A stretch of DNA of 64,000 nucleotides from an uncultured delta proteobacterium (GTDB lineage Bacteria; Myxococcota; Myxococcia; Myxococcales; Myxococcaceae). Both the position numbers and the translations under genes were made by a program. This document shows positions 45,437 through 55,535 of the stretch, piece by piece. Position 1 is the stretch's first letter. Every line of letters begins with the position of its first letter. The stretch is taken from assembly GCA_963771175.1 (NCBI GenBank), contig CAVYSY010000045.1:96001-160000 (forward strand). Reading direction: 5' to 3'. The notes under the pieces are model-generated. The model was given only the letters and a program-made list of their open reading frames with translations, made no database searches and had not been told where the DNA came from.

Positions 45437-46578
45437 CTAGAACGCGAGCCACTGGGGGCGGAACAGCAGCAGCAGCCCCAGCAGGAGCATCACCGAGCCG
45501 CTGAGCAGCTTGAGCCATCGCCCAGCGCGCTCCTGGAGCTTGTGCTGCCCGAGCGTCACCACGGCGATGAGGACCATCACCGAGTCGTCGAGGATGTAGG
45601 CCACGTTGTAGAGGGCGAGGTACGCGTAGTACTGCCAGGTGGGCAGGTGCTGGAGGACGAGCAGCTCGGTGTAGACGGCGGGGAGGCCCGCGGTGCAGGC
45701 CAGCTCGACGAGGTTGACGAGGAGGGCGAGCACCACCACGCCGCCCATGGCCGGCAGCAGCGACTTCGCCTGGAGGAGCCGCCGCACGCGGGCATACAGG
45801 CTCGGCTTCGCGCTCTCGGGGATGGAGAGCGAGGGCCCGCGCTTGAAGGCGAGGAAGTCCTTCACGTTGAGGGCGCCGATGACGAGCGCCACCAGCCCCA
45901 GCACCACCTGGGTGACGCGCGAGAGGCCCAGGTACAGGAAGACGTTGAGCCACGCCGCCATGAAGGCGAAGTAGACGAGGCCACTGGTGAGCACGAAGGT
46001 GCCCGCCACCGCGAGCATCTTCCGGCGGCTGCGCAGGTTGACGAGCAGCGAGAGCAGGAACAGCAGCACCCACATGGCGCACGGGTTGAAGCCGTCCAGC
46101 AGGCCGATGAGGACGGTGAAGGCGGGCAGGCCCCAGTCCTTCAGGCTCACCCGGCCCACCCAGGGGGCGTCGATGGAGTCCAGGGGCGCTCCGGGCGGAC
46201 ATTCGGGGGACTCCGCGCCCACCGGACATAGGGCCGCGCTCGTCTCTCCGGGCTCCTGTCCCTCGAGGAGGGCCACGAGCTGCCGGCCCGTCGTCTCGGG
46301 GCCGCTGAAGCCGATGAGGAGCTGCCCCGCCACGTGGAAGGCCGGCACGCCGAGGGCCCCCGCGGGCCCCTCTCCGGCCAGCTCCTGGAGCCGCGCGAGC
46401 GACTCGGGCTCCCGCACCACGTCGCGGTAATGCACCTGGAGCCCGGGGCGCTCGGCCTGGAGCTGGGAGAGGAACCGCTTCGCGTCCTCGCAGCGCGGGC
46501 AGCCCTCGCGGACGAAGACCTCCAGCTCCACCGGCTCGGAGGGAGTCTCGGCCGGGCGCCGGGGGCGGCCAGCAGCCC
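45437..46578 (-). CDS. Glutaredoxin-like domain fused to a CcdA-like membrane domain; 5' end disrupted
   Basis: CPRC, GVPAF, LDGFNPCAMWVL, VELACTAGLP; multiple TM helices. Confidence 0.82.
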
Positions 46579-46579
46579 G

Positions 46580-48733
46580 CCGCCTCCATCATCCCCAGGA
46601 AGAGGTAGGCGCGCGCGAGCAGCCGTCCATCGAGCAGCCGCCCACGGAAGGCGCTCGGGGGCTGTTGCATCACCCGGGCGTGCGGAGGCTCCGCCCCCAG
46701 CGCGAGAGCCGGCAGGAGGTCCGTGCCGAGGTCCACCGCGAGGATTTGAATGACGGTGAGGGGCAGGGGAATCTGGAAGAGGATGAAGGCCAGGTAGGGG
46801 ATGAGCTCCGGAATGTTGGAGGTGAGGATGTAGGTGAGGAACTTGCGGAGGTTGGAGAACACCGCGCGCCCCTCCTCCACGGCGTTGACGATGCTTGCGA
46901 AGTGGTCGTCCGCGAGCACCACGTCCGAGGCCTCGCGCGCTACGTCCGTGCCGGTGCGGCCCATGGCGATGCCGATGTGGGCCTCCTTCAACGCTGGCGC
47001 GTCATTCACTCCGTCCCCGGTGACGGCCACCACCTCGCGCTTGCGCTTGAGCGCGGCCACCACCCGGCGCTTCTCCACCGGGCCCACCCGCGCGAACACC
47101 ACCTCTGGTGCGTCGAGGGCGATCTGCAACTGGGCATCCGACAGCCGCCGCAGCTCCGGGCTGGAGAGCACGACGGGCGTCCGCGAGCGCACCAGGCCCA
47201 CCTGCCGCGCCACCGCCTCCGCCGTGCGTGGGTGGTCTCCCGTTACCATGATGACGCGGATGCCGGCCTCGCGGCATCGCTGGATGGCCTCGGGCACCTC
47301 GGGGCGGATGGGGTCCTCCAGGCCCACCAGCCCCGAGAGGACCAGGGCCTCCTCCAGGTGCTCGCGCGGCACGTCCCCGTCCACGCTCCGCGAGGCGAAG
47401 GCGAGCACCCGCAGTCCCTCGCGCGCGAGCTGCTCGCCCGCCTGGAGGAAGCGCTCGCGCAGCTCCGGGGTGAGCGGCCGGGGGCCCTCTTCCGTCTCCA
47501 GCGTGGTGCACAGGGGGAGCACCGTCTCCAGCGCGCCCTTGGTGTAGAGCACCCGTCCCTCGGCGGTCCGGTGCAGCGTGGACGAGCGCTTGCGCTCCGG
47601 ATCGAAGGGGAGCTCGTCCTCACGCGGAGCCTCGGGCCGGGGCCCCAGCGCCCGCATGCCCAGGTGCATCAGCGCCACCTCCATCGGATCTCCCACCAGC
47701 TCCGGAGTGCCCGCGTTGCGCACCTCGCGCACGTTCTGGCAGCGCCACGCGGCCTCGAAGAGCCGCCGGTGGGACGGGGCGAGCGCGTGCAGCGCCTCGG
47801 GCTTCACGGGGTGGAGGCCACTGGAGACGAAGAGGGCGCGGGCCTCCATCCGGTTCTCGGTGAGGGTGCCGGTCTTGTCGGTGCAGATGACGGTGGCCGA
47901 GCCGAGCGTCTCCACCGAGGTGAGGTCGCGCACCAGCGCGTTGCGCCGGGCCATGCGCTGCGAGGCCATGGCCAGCGAGAGGGTGACGGTGGGCAGCAGA
48001 CCCTCGGGGACATTGGCCACGATGATGCCGATGGCGAAGAGGAGGTTCTCCCACGGGTCGAGCCCCAGCCCGCGGCCGAGGAGGAAGAAGACGACGCCCA
48101 GCACCGTGGCCAGCCCCGCCACCATCCGGCCCAGGCGGACGATCTCCCGCTGCAGGGGGGTGAGCTCCTCGCGCGGTCGTCTGGGTGAGGTGGGCGATGC
48201 GCCCGAACTCCGTCTGCATGCCGGTGGCGAAGACGAGCGCGCGCGCCCTCCCGGAGGTGAGGAAGGTGCCCGCCAGCAGCACGTTGTGGCTGCGCAACAA
48301 CTCCTCCTCGGTGACGGGCGCGGCCTCGACGGGCTCCGGCAGCGGACTCGCCGGTGATGGTGGCGTTGTTGACGCGCGCCGCGTGCGTCTCGAGCACCCG
48401 GCAGTCGGCGGGGACCTGGTCCCCCTCCTCGAGCAGGAGGACATCCCCCGGCACCAGGTCCGTGGCGGGAAGCTCCTCGCAGGTGTCCCTCGCGCAGGAC
48501 CTTCACCCGGACGGGCAGCAGCCGGCGCAGGGTGGCGATGGCGCGTTCGGCCCGGTACTCCTGGAAGAAGGAGAACAGCCCGTTGACGAGGATGACCCGA
48601 GAGGAGCCTCGGCTCGGGCACTGGGGGCGGCCAGCAGCCCCGTCGCGAGCAGCCCGAGCACCAGGGCCCGCGCGGGGGTGAGCACGATGCAGCGACGCGT
48701 GGCCTCCTCGGCCGTGAGGTGGTGGATCTTCAT
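46580..48733 (-). pseudogene. P2-type cation-transporting P-type ATPase, internally disrupted and C-terminally truncated
   Basis: TGES, ANVPEGL, DKTGT, KGA, MVTGD, TGDGVND, TDLLPALAL; last TM helices missing. Confidence 0.85.
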
Positions 48734-48742
48734 GCGCGGCCC

Positions 48743-50221
48743 TCACTCCAGTGGCCATTCGTGCACGGGAAGCCCGGACTCCGAGAGCGCCGCGTAGCGC
48801 CCCAGCAGAGCCCCGAGTGCCTCGGACCTCGGCCGATGCGCCTCCAGCTTCGCCAGCACCTCCCGCTGCCAGCGCGCGCCCGTCCGCCGCGTCCGCAGGC
48901 GCTGCCGCACCACGCCCAGCAGCGCGTCCGCCTCCGAGCCCTCCACGCCCGCCTCCATCAGCCCCGCGTGCGCCACCGGCAGCAACCGCTCCAGCAACTC
49001 GCCCACGGGCACCGGACGCGGAGAGGGGGCCCGCACCTCCGGCCACAGCAGCACCGCGTCCAGTCCATCCCGCGCCGCCCGGAAGAAGTTCCCCCGTGCG
49101 TGCTCGAAGGGCATCCCCGGCAGCAGCGCGTCCACCTCGCGGCTCAGCCCCAGCGTCAGTCCCAGCAACAGCGCCCCGTTCGCCATCATGTCCACCACCG
49201 TCGGCCCCGCGGGGAGGGCGCGGAGCTCGAGGCGCAGGTGCCCGCCCGCGTCCGGGTCGTACACCGCCCGGTTCCACGTCCACACCGTGCCATGGTGCAG
49301 CCGCAGCTCGTCCAGCCGGGGAGTGCCTCCCCCGGCCAGCACGGATAGGGGGGCTTCTGGTCCCACCTCCGGCAGCAGGGGCTCGTGCAGCGCCACGGAC
49401 TCCGCGAACAGCTCCAGCGCTCCCTGCCGCACCCATCCGCGTCCGAAGGACAACCGCGCATGCCGGGGCACTTCACGCGCCTCGTCGTCCACCTTGTCCA
49501 CCGTCCGGTAGAGGGCGATCCGCGTCTCGTCCCACAGCCGCCGTCCCAGCAGCAGCGGTGAGTTGGCTCCCACCGCCAGGGCGGGCGCCGTGGCGAGCTG
49601 GGCCGCGTTGTACGCCCGCGCGAACTCCTCCGGGTCCACGCGCAGGTGGTACTGCATGGACGTGGCCGCCCCCGCCAGGGTGATGTCGTTCCACGGCAGC
49701 GTCAGCGAGTCTTCGCGCGACAGGGTCGCCACGATGGTATCCCGCCGGCTCGGGAAGGTGGCCGACAGCACCCGGTAGCGCGGCAAGGGCGTCATCGCGT
49801 TGCTCCCCGCGTCCTCCTCCCGCAGCGTGGGCAGGATGCCCGCCATCACGATGCGCGCCCCCTGGGTGGCCGCAGCCCGCCGGGCCTCCGCCAGCACGTC
49901 CGCGCACTCGGCTTGCAACGCCGTGAAGGAGCGCCCGGCCAGGGGCACGGGCCGCAGGTTGCACTCCAGGTTGAAGCGGGCGAGCTCCACCGTCAGCCGG
50001 GGGTCCTTCGTCCGCTCCAATACCCGCTCGCTGACTGGCAGCGGCCGGCCCGCCGCATCCACCAGGAAGAGCTCCAGCTCCGCCCCGAGGGTACGCGGCC
50101 CCTCTCCGAATCCAGGCCGGGCCAGCAACAGCCGCAGGGCCTCCAGACCCTCGCGCAGGCGGCTCGCGAAGCGCTCGTGGTCCTCGGGCGTGAAGGTGTC
50201 CCGCTGGATTCGCAGCCCCAT
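48743..50221 (-). CDS. Glutamate-cysteine ligase family 2 (GCS2) protein
   Basis: LGAELELFLVD, ELARFNLE, SMQYHL, ANSPLL, W.ETR, VWTWNR, HLRLELRALPAGP. Confidence 0.88.
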   Translation of the reverse strand: MGLRIQRDTFTPEDHERFASRLREGLEALRLLLARPGFGEGPRTLGAELELFLVDAAGRPLPVSERVLERTKDPRLTVELARFNLECNLRPVPLAGRSFTALQAECADVLAEARRAAATQGARIVMAGILPTLREEDAGSNAMTPLPRYRVLSATFPSRRDTIVATLSREDSLTLPWNDITLAGAATSMQYHLRVDPEEFARAYNAAQLATAPALAVGANSPLLLGRRLWDETRIALYRTVDKVDDEAREVPRHARLSFGRGWVRQGALELFAESVALHEPLLPEVGPEAPLSVLAGGGTPRLDELRLHHGTVWTWNRAVYDPDAGGHLRLELRALPAGPTVVDMMANGALLLGLTLGLSREVDALLPGMPFEHARGNFFRAARDGLDAVLLWPEVRAPSPRPVPVGELLERLLPVAHAGLMEAGVEGSEADALLGVVRQRLRTRRTGARWQREVLAKLEAHRPRSEALGALLGRYAALSESGLPVHEWPLE

Positions 50222-50442
50222 GCGGGAACCATGGGCACGGCGCATCCTGGGTGGAGGGAACGAGCGAGCACGCCCTGTTGCCCTCTGGAGGGAGGACCGC
50301 TCACCTTCGCCTTGTCGGACCTCCACGACAGGCAGGACTCCGAAGTGGCGGGGCAGGGCGGGTGCTCCTGGAGCGGGCGTGGAGAGCATCGATGCATCGG
50401 TCGCTGACTCCCGCGGCGCTCCAGGGGGCCCACCCTCAGGGC

Positions 50443-51573
50443 ATGGCCCTCATCGACACCTTCCTTCCGGATGCCCGCATGCGGCAGATTGACAGGCGAG
50501 CGGTCGCCGCGGATCCCGCCTGCGCATGGGCCATGGTGCGAGCCCTCGACCTCCATCGGATCCCGTTCGCGCGGGGGTTGTTCGCCTTGCGGACGCTTCC
50601 CGAGCGACTCCTGGCCCGCCTTCGCGGACGACCACTCCCTGCTTCGCGGCACTTTGGAATCGATGACATCGTCCGGTCCGACAGCGGCTTCCGCCTGCTC
50701 GGCGAGGAGCCGGGGCGCGAAGTAGTGGTCGGTGCGATCGGCCGTTTCTGGCAACTGCGCATCCCCTGGGCGGAGGTAGCGCCGGAGGACTTCAAGGCGT
50801 TCGCGGTGCCGGGATTCGGGAAGGTCGCCTGGAACCTCCGCGTGGAGCCGCGCCTCTCGGGCGGTTCGTGGATTTCGATCGACGTGCGGGTCACCACGAC
50901 CAATGAGGCCGCTTGGAAGCGCTTCCGCTCGTACTGGCGGCTCATCGGCCCCTTCTCGCACGCCATCCGGCGCGCGGGGCTCCGCATGTTCGAGCGCGAA
51001 CTGGGCCGGGTGCATGACGAAAGGCGCTCGGCCCTGCCGGGTGATGAGTTCCTCCCGCATGCGGGCTTCCAACGCACGCACCTGCGCGACATCGAGGCGC
51101 CCCCCTCTCGGGTCTGGCCGTGGCTGGTCCAGATCGGGGCGCGGCGGGCCGGGTGGTACTCGTTGGATCGGCTCGACAACGCCGGAATCCGCAGTGCGGA
51201 CCGGATCATCCCGGAGCTGCAGGCGCTGCGATTGGGCGACCTGATTCCAGCGCTTCCCAAAGGCGATGCGGCGTTCGCCGTGCTGCGGCTCGAGCCCGAG
51301 CGGGCGCTGGTGCTCGGCTCTCCCTCTCTCCGGCCGGGCGGCGCGCCGGAGGGGGCGGACACCTCGCCCTTCAGGTACACCTGGGCGTTCATGCTCGAAC
51401 CGATCGGGGATTCGGCGACCCGTCTCATCGTGCGCGGCCGCGCGAGCTTCGTGCCGAGCCTCGGGATGGCGCTGCTCCGGCTGTATCGCGGGGCCGCACA
51501 CGAGGTGATGCAACGCACGCAGTTGAGGCACCTGAAGCACCGGATCGAACGGCTCACCCCCCAGCTGTCCTGA
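50443..51573 (+). CDS. Two-domain SRPBCC-like hypothetical protein
   Basis: N-domain ending FRSYWRLIGPFS; C-domain LPGDE...IEAPPSRVWPWLVQIG..RAGWYS resembles 4088-4822. Confidence 0.7.
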   Translation: MALIDTFLPDARMRQIDRRAVAADPACAWAMVRALDLHRIPFARGLFALRTLPERLLARLRGRPLPASRHFGIDDIVRSDSGFRLLGEEPGREVVVGAIGRFWQLRIPWAEVAPEDFKAFAVPGFGKVAWNLRVEPRLSGGSWISIDVRVTTTNEAAWKRFRSYWRLIGPFSHAIRRAGLRMFERELGRVHDERRSALPGDEFLPHAGFQRTHLRDIEAPPSRVWPWLVQIGARRAGWYSLDRLDNAGIRSADRIIPELQALRLGDLIPALPKGDAAFAVLRLEPERALVLGSPSLRPGGAPEGADTSPFRYTWAFMLEPIGDSATRLIVRGRASFVPSLGMALLRLYRGAAHEVMQRTQLRHLKHRIERLTPQLS

Positions 51574-51745
51574 GCGAGGCCGCCTCGGATGCGCGGAGAG
51601 GCAGGGGCTGGCCGCATAGCGGGGCCTGCCGCGACCGCGGCGAGCCCGGCCGGCCGCCCACCAGTCGCCTCCGGGCAGGCTGCCCCGAAGGGCCGTGGCC
51701 AATCCACTCCTGGACTCCCTAGGTTGGCGCAAGGGAGACCATCAC

Positions 51746-52309
51746 ATGGCCGACATCCAGCAACCCTTTCTCACCGACATCAATGAGATCCGCCGTCGGG
51801 CGCGCGAGCACCTGGAAGAGGGCTCGCTCACCTCGGACTACGAGGGTGACGTCAGCGTCACCGTCAAGCTGCTCAACGACGCGCTGGCCACGGAGATCGT
51901 CTGCGTGCTCCGCTATACCTCGCACTACATCAGCGCGGTGGGCATCCACAGCGAGTCGGTGCGGGCGGAGTTCGGCGCGCATGCGCGCGAAGAGGAACGG
52001 CACGCCCTGATGCTCGCCGAGCGCATCAACCAGCTCGGCGGCAAGGCGAACTTCCACCCCGAGGGGCTGCTCACGCGCAGCGCGAGCCAGTTCGTCGAGG
52101 GGCAGAACCTCGTGGACATGATCCGCGAGGATCTCGTGGCCGAGCGGATCGCCATCCAGACGTACCAGGAGCTGATCCGCTACTTCGCCAACCATGACCC
52201 GACCACGCGGCGGATGCTCGAGGAGATCCTCACCAAGGAGGAGGAGCACGCCAACGACATGCACGATCTGCTCGTGGCGCACCAGGGCCGCCCGATGCTC
52301 AACAGCTGA
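51746..52309 (+). CDS. Bacterioferritin/ferritin-like protein
   Basis: ATEIVCVLRY, EEERH, ERINQLGG, AERIAI..Y, EEEH di-iron ligands. Confidence 0.88.
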   Translation: MADIQQPFLTDINEIRRRAREHLEEGSLTSDYEGDVSVTVKLLNDALATEIVCVLRYTSHYISAVGIHSESVRAEFGAHAREEERHALMLAERINQLGGKANFHPEGLLTRSASQFVEGQNLVDMIREDLVAERIAIQTYQELIRYFANHDPTTRRMLEEILTKEEEHANDMHDLLVAHQGRPMLNS

Positions 52310-52466
52310 GCCTCCCCGGTGCCGCTCGGGGGAGCCCTACTGCTCACCCCGAGGCGGCGGCCGGCGCTCCGGTCTCCGAGGGCTCGCCGCCCAGCCTCCC
52401 GCGCCTTGAGGAGCCTCCAGGCCAGCACGATGTTCACTCCAACCACCGCGGATGGAGGGCACGGCC

Positions 52467-53573
52467 ATGGAGGAGATCTCCCGGTTCCTGGATGGGTTGG
52501 GCCCCTTCCTGGTCCTGCACATCCACCGGCCGGCCGTGGGGCTGAAGGCCACGGTCGTCGTGGATAACGTCGCGTGCGGCCCGGCGCTGGGCGGCGTGCG
52601 GATGGCGCCCGACGTCAGCACCGAAGAGGCCTTCCGTCTGGCCCGTGCGATGACCTTCAAGAACGCCGCCGCCCAACTCCCGCTTGGAGGCGGCAAGTCG
52701 GTCATCTACGCGGACCCTCGGATGCCCGAGGGGGAGAAGGAGCGCTTGATGCGTGCCTTCGCCACGGCCATCCGGGGGCTGACCGACTACATCCCCGGCC
52801 CCGACATGGGCACGGACGAGCGGTGCATGGCGTGGATTCGTGATGAGATCGGCCGGGCCGCGGGGCTGCCCGCCGTACTCGGCGGCATTCCGCTCGACGA
52901 ACTGGGTGCCACGGGCTTCGGTCTGGCGGCGGCGATCGACGTGGCGCGCGAGTTCCTCGGTCTTGAGCTGACGGGCGCACGTGTGGTCGTCCAGGGGTTC
53001 GGAGCGGTGGGCAAGCATGCGGCCCGTGTGCTCGCGGAGAAGGGGGCCGTGCTGGTGGGCGTGGGCGACTCCCGGGGCACGCTCGCCAACCCCTCGGGAC
53101 TCGATGTGGCTGAGCTCATCGCCCTCAAGGATGAGGGGCGCTCCGTCGTGGACTCCCCTCGGGGACGGAAGCTCGAGCGCGAGGCGGTGCTCGAGCTCGA
53201 CTGCGACATCTGGATTCCCGCCGCCCGGCCCGACGTGCTCCGCGCCGACAACGTCGGCCGCTTGAAGGCCCGGCTGGTCGCGCCGGGGGCGAACATCGCC
53301 TGCACTCCGGAAGCGGAGGTGGCGCTGCACGAACGGGGCGTTCTGGTGCTCCCGGACTTCATCGCCAACGCCGGAGGGGTCATCTGCGCGGCCACGGAGT
53401 ACCAGGGCGGTGGCCAGCGGGCCGCCTTCGAGGCGATCGACGAGAAGATCCGCCACAACATCCGCCTCGTCATCGAGGAGTCCCGGCGCACGCGAGTTCC
53501 CCCCATCCGAGCCGCGATGGCGCTCGCCGAGCGGCGTGTGCGCGAGGCCTCGCGTACCCGGCGCTGGTCGTGA
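52467..53573 (+). CDS. Glu/Leu/Phe/Val dehydrogenase
   Basis: GGVRM, MTFK, GGGKSVI, GPDMGT, ATGFG, QGFGAVG, PDFIANAGGV. Confidence 0.93.
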   Translation: MEEISRFLDGLGPFLVLHIHRPAVGLKATVVVDNVACGPALGGVRMAPDVSTEEAFRLARAMTFKNAAAQLPLGGGKSVIYADPRMPEGEKERLMRAFATAIRGLTDYIPGPDMGTDERCMAWIRDEIGRAAGLPAVLGGIPLDELGATGFGLAAAIDVAREFLGLELTGARVVVQGFGAVGKHAARVLAEKGAVLVGVGDSRGTLANPSGLDVAELIALKDEGRSVVDSPRGRKLEREAVLELDCDIWIPAARPDVLRADNVGRLKARLVAPGANIACTPEAEVALHERGVLVLPDFIANAGGVICAATEYQGGGQRAAFEAIDEKIRHNIRLVIEESRRTRVPPIRAAMALAERRVREASRTRRWS

Positions 53574-53727
53574 AGCAATGTCCGAAATGCCGCTGGATTG
53601 GAGGCGTTGCTCGCCGAGGTTAGGCAGGACGTGGTGCCACGCGTGGTGTGTCATCGTGCGCGAGCCCTCCAGCACCGGCAAGGTGTGGTGGGGCAAGAGC
53701 ACGGCAGTGAATGCTCGCGAGGATGAC

Positions 53728-54981
53728 ATGGACTTGGAGAAGAGCGTCGGAGGGTCCGGAGGCCGCAGGGTGTGGGTGCTCCTGGTCCTCCTCGCCGGGT
53801 GTGGCCACCGTGGTGTGACTCTTCCCCCGGACAGCCGGGGCGTCTCGCTGCGCTCCGGGGTCGACTTGCACGCGCACCTCATCATGCGCTCGGCCCTGGC
53901 GCCCTGGTTCCAGGGTGAGCCGGACTCGGGCGTGCTCGCTTCGTCTCCCACGCAGGCCTTCGTCAACCCGCTCGACTCGGCCACGCTCCAGCAGGCGGGA
54001 ATCCGACTGGTGGTGGTAGCTCTCTGGCCGCCGTTCGACTTGAGGCCGGGCCGCACCGCGCTGGACGAGGCGCTCGGGCAACTCCGCGCGCTCCACGAGT
54101 TCGCCCGTCGCCATCCAGCCTTCGGCGTGGCCACCGACGCGGCGAGCGCACGTTCCCTCATGGCCCAGGGGCGCATCGCGCTGCTGCCCTCGATTGAAGG
54201 CGGCGGGGGAATCTCGCGCGTGGAGGAGGTGGACGTGCTCTATGCCGCCGGCGCGCGCTCCATCGGGCTGGTCCACTTCACGGACAACCGGCTCGGGGAC
54301 GCTCGCGACGCCCAGTTGGGAGCGGTGCTCGGCCCGTTGCTCAACGGCAGCTCCGACGGTCTCACGCCCCTGGGACGCCAGGTGGTGGGCAGGATGATGT
54401 CCCTCGGGATGGTGGTGGATGTCTCGCATGCGAGCGAGCGCACCATGCGAGACGTCCTGGCGCTCACCGAGCCAGCCGGCGTCCCCGTCATTGCCTCGCA
54501 TGAGGGGGCCGCGCACGCCTCCGTCCGGACAGTCACCGCTGCCACGGCGGCGCGCATCGGCGCGAGCGGAGGGTTGATTGGAATCGGCCTCTACCGCAAC
54601 CCCATCGCGGAGCCTGTCCCGGAGGAGGAGCGCTGGCGGGGCCATCAGCCCGATACCTGTGACGACGTGGTGGCCCACTGGCTGTACTACCAGCGGCTGG
54701 CTGGCGAACGGGCGGTGGTGCTCGGGAGCGACCTGGGCACCCCCACCTCGCGCCCGCTCCCGGGTCCGGGCTGCCCTGAGGGCATTCGGAATTCCGGAGA
54801 CCTTCCCGCCCTGTTCTCCTCCCTGGTTGCTCACGGGGTGTCACGGGAGCTCCTGGAGGATGGCGCGCAACGGGTGCTGGAACTGCTCGAAAGGGTGGAG
54901 GCCATGGCCAGTCCAAAGGCCAGGGCCGACGCGCGCCGCCGGCGCGTCTTCGAGAATCCGCACTTCGCCTCGCCGCTCTGA
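53728..54981 (+). CDS. M19 membrane dipeptidase-like lipoprotein
   Basis: Lipobox LLAGC; DLHAH, SIEG, GLVH, DVSH, ASH, LGSD. Confidence 0.85.
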   Translation: MDLEKSVGGSGGRRVWVLLVLLAGCGHRGVTLPPDSRGVSLRSGVDLHAHLIMRSALAPWFQGEPDSGVLASSPTQAFVNPLDSATLQQAGIRLVVVALWPPFDLRPGRTALDEALGQLRALHEFARRHPAFGVATDAASARSLMAQGRIALLPSIEGGGGISRVEEVDVLYAAGARSIGLVHFTDNRLGDARDAQLGAVLGPLLNGSSDGLTPLGRQVVGRMMSLGMVVDVSHASERTMRDVLALTEPAGVPVIASHEGAAHASVRTVTAATAARIGASGGLIGIGLYRNPIAEPVPEEERWRGHQPDTCDDVVAHWLYYQRLAGERAVVLGSDLGTPTSRPLPGPGCPEGIRNSGDLPALFSSLVAHGVSRELLEDGAQRVLELLERVEAMASPKARADARRRRVFENPHFASPL

Positions 54982-55018
54982 GTCGACCCTCGAGCACGGG
55001 GGCGGGGAACCTCTCGTG

Positions 55019-55050
55019 GGAGCGCTGCGCCGTGGATGGAGCAGCGCTCC
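55019..55050. terminator. Stem-loop between convergent genes
   Basis: GGAGCGCTGC / GCAGCGCTCC perfect 10-bp inverted repeat. Confidence 0.5.
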
Positions 55051-55060
55051 GCCCATGGTG

Positions 55061-55459
55061 CTAGGCCATGGCGCTCATCTTCCGGCAGGACTCCGCGCAG
55101 CGACGGCACGATTCGGCGCAGGCCTTCATCACCGCGTCATCGCTCATCTTCTCGCACTCGTTCGCGCACCGATCACACACCTCGGCACAGACGCCGCAGG
55201 TTCGCGCGTGGAGCACAGAGCCGCGCAGCATGAAGTCCGCGCTCGTCTTGCAGATCTGCACACAGTCCTCGAGCAGCCGGATGTGGTCGGCGGCCGCATG
55301 CTTGCCGCCCTTCTGAAGGCAGTACGTCACCGTCTGGATGCAGACCGCCGAGCACGACAGGCAATTCTGGATGCATGCCTTCATTTCGTCCGACAGCTGG
55401 GGGCCGCCAACGGGAAGGAAGGGTTGGAACGAGGGCTTCTGTGTCTCTATCCGCGGCAT
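55061..55459 (-). CDS. Four-helix-bundle copper storage protein (Csp3/DUF326 type)
   Basis: 16 Cys in CxxxC/CxxC spacing; no Tat signal; directly downstream of cusA. Confidence 0.88.
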   Translation of the reverse strand: MPRIETQKPSFQPFLPVGGPQLSDEMKACIQNCLSCSAVCIQTVTYCLQKGGKHAAADHIRLLEDCVQICKTSADFMLRGSVLHARTCGVCAEVCDRCANECEKMSDDAVMKACAESCRRCAESCRKMSAMA

Positions 55460-55535
55460 GTCTTCGTCTCCTCTCGTGATTCGGGTCTCAGGAATGAGGT
55501 GAGGAGGGGGGTGGGCACCTACAAGTGTGGCTCCC

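Noticed and set aside
46580..48733. Copper P1B ATPase belonging to the copper module
   Set aside because: It has PEGL rather than CPC and no metal-binding domain, so it is P2-type
45354..49436. 1360-aa ORF read as a single protein
   Set aside because: Only the central part is P-type ATPase; the flanks are off-frame readings of the GCS2 and glutaredoxin genes
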